DNA of 64,000 nucleotides from Gemmatimonadota bacterium. GTDB lineage: Bacteria; Gemmatimonadota; Gemmatimonadetes; Longimicrobiales; Gaopeijiaceae. Positions 63,770 through 64,000 of the stretch are shown one piece after another. Both the position numbers and the translations under genes were made by a program. The notes under the pieces are model-generated. The model was given only the letters and a program-made list of their open reading frames with translations, was not told where the DNA came from and made no database searches. The stretch's first letter is position 1. Every line of letters starts with the position of its first letter. The stretch spans positions 30,486 through 94,485 of the forward strand of contig JAJDXG010000045.1 of the NCBI GenBank assembly GCA_022823365.1, written 5' to 3'.

Positions 63770-64000
63770 TCAGAGATCCCATCCGGCGCGGGCCAGCATC
63801 CACAGGTTGATGACGATGACGACGATGGCGGTGAGGTAGAATGCTTCGGGAAGCGCGGCGTCGGGTCCGGGCATGAACGCTCCCTCGATCATGCTCGGGA
63901 GCCGCAGGGCGTGCAGCGCCCAGATCCCCCGGGCCAGCCACACGCTGCGCCGGAACCAGAGCCCCCAGAAGACGAGCGCCACGATCGCGGCGCCGAGCAG
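63770..64000 (-). CDS. hypothetical membrane protein, partial (N-terminus beyond window edge)
   Basis: The minus-strand frame is open to the window edge and hydrophobic (LLGAAIVALVFWGLWF ... YLTAIVVIVINLWML). No family recognised. Confidence 0.35.
   Translation of the reverse strand: MLGAAIVALVFWGLWFRRSVWLARGIWALHALRLPSMIEGAFMPGPDAALPEAFYLTAIVVIVINLWMLARAGWDL

Overview
This is a very GC-rich bacterial chromosomal segment with about 60 protein-coding genes. I found no rRNA, tRNA, CRISPR array, transposase or integrase. All calls come from reading the six-frame track and the DNA by eye. Family names rest on remembered motifs, not on searches. Because of the GC content the track is full of long spurious Arg/Gly/Pro-rich ORFs, so I kept only frames with recognisable motifs, membrane-like composition or clear start-codon context. 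Taxonomy cannot be assigned. The gene content is loosely reminiscent of Gemmatimonadota/Acidobacteriota-type genomes.

Gene content from left to right:
- exported C-N hydrolases: a CE4 deacetylase, two amidases and a glycosylasparaginase-like Ntn hydrolase
- a DUF1326/DUF2182 pair interrupted by an alpha/beta hydrolase and a hicAB toxin-antitoxin pair
- feoAB with a Fur-box-like palindrome upstream
- a Bat-type operon (MoxR, DUF58, VWA, VWA, TPR) headed by an amidohydrolase
- a four-gene overlapping operon: GlcF-like Fe-S protein, GNAT, flavoprotein and an NSAR/OSBS enolase
- an orphan GspE/PilB-type ATPase with a tandem MshEN-type c-di-GMP motif and an extra C-terminal zinc ribbon
- a TAXI-TRAP transporter plus an amidohydrolase
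- two signal-peptide D-aminoacylases
- a PQQ/cytochrome c dehydrogenase operon ending in uncharacterised paralogous lipoproteins, facing a small cytochrome c' plus membrane-protein module
- a roughly 13 kb minus-strand respiratory supra-operon (50284..63418)

The most interesting candidate is that supra-operon. A tandem-USP protein and a radical SAM/SPASM enzyme together carry three PCP_red-like domains. They precede a CydA-only cytochrome bd-like membrane protein, three c-type cytochromes (five CxxCH sites plus an EB_dh/DOMON-like domain), a cupredoxin lipoprotein and an aa3-type cytochrome c oxidase. I read this as a possibly uncharacterised quinol-to-oxidase electron-transfer system.
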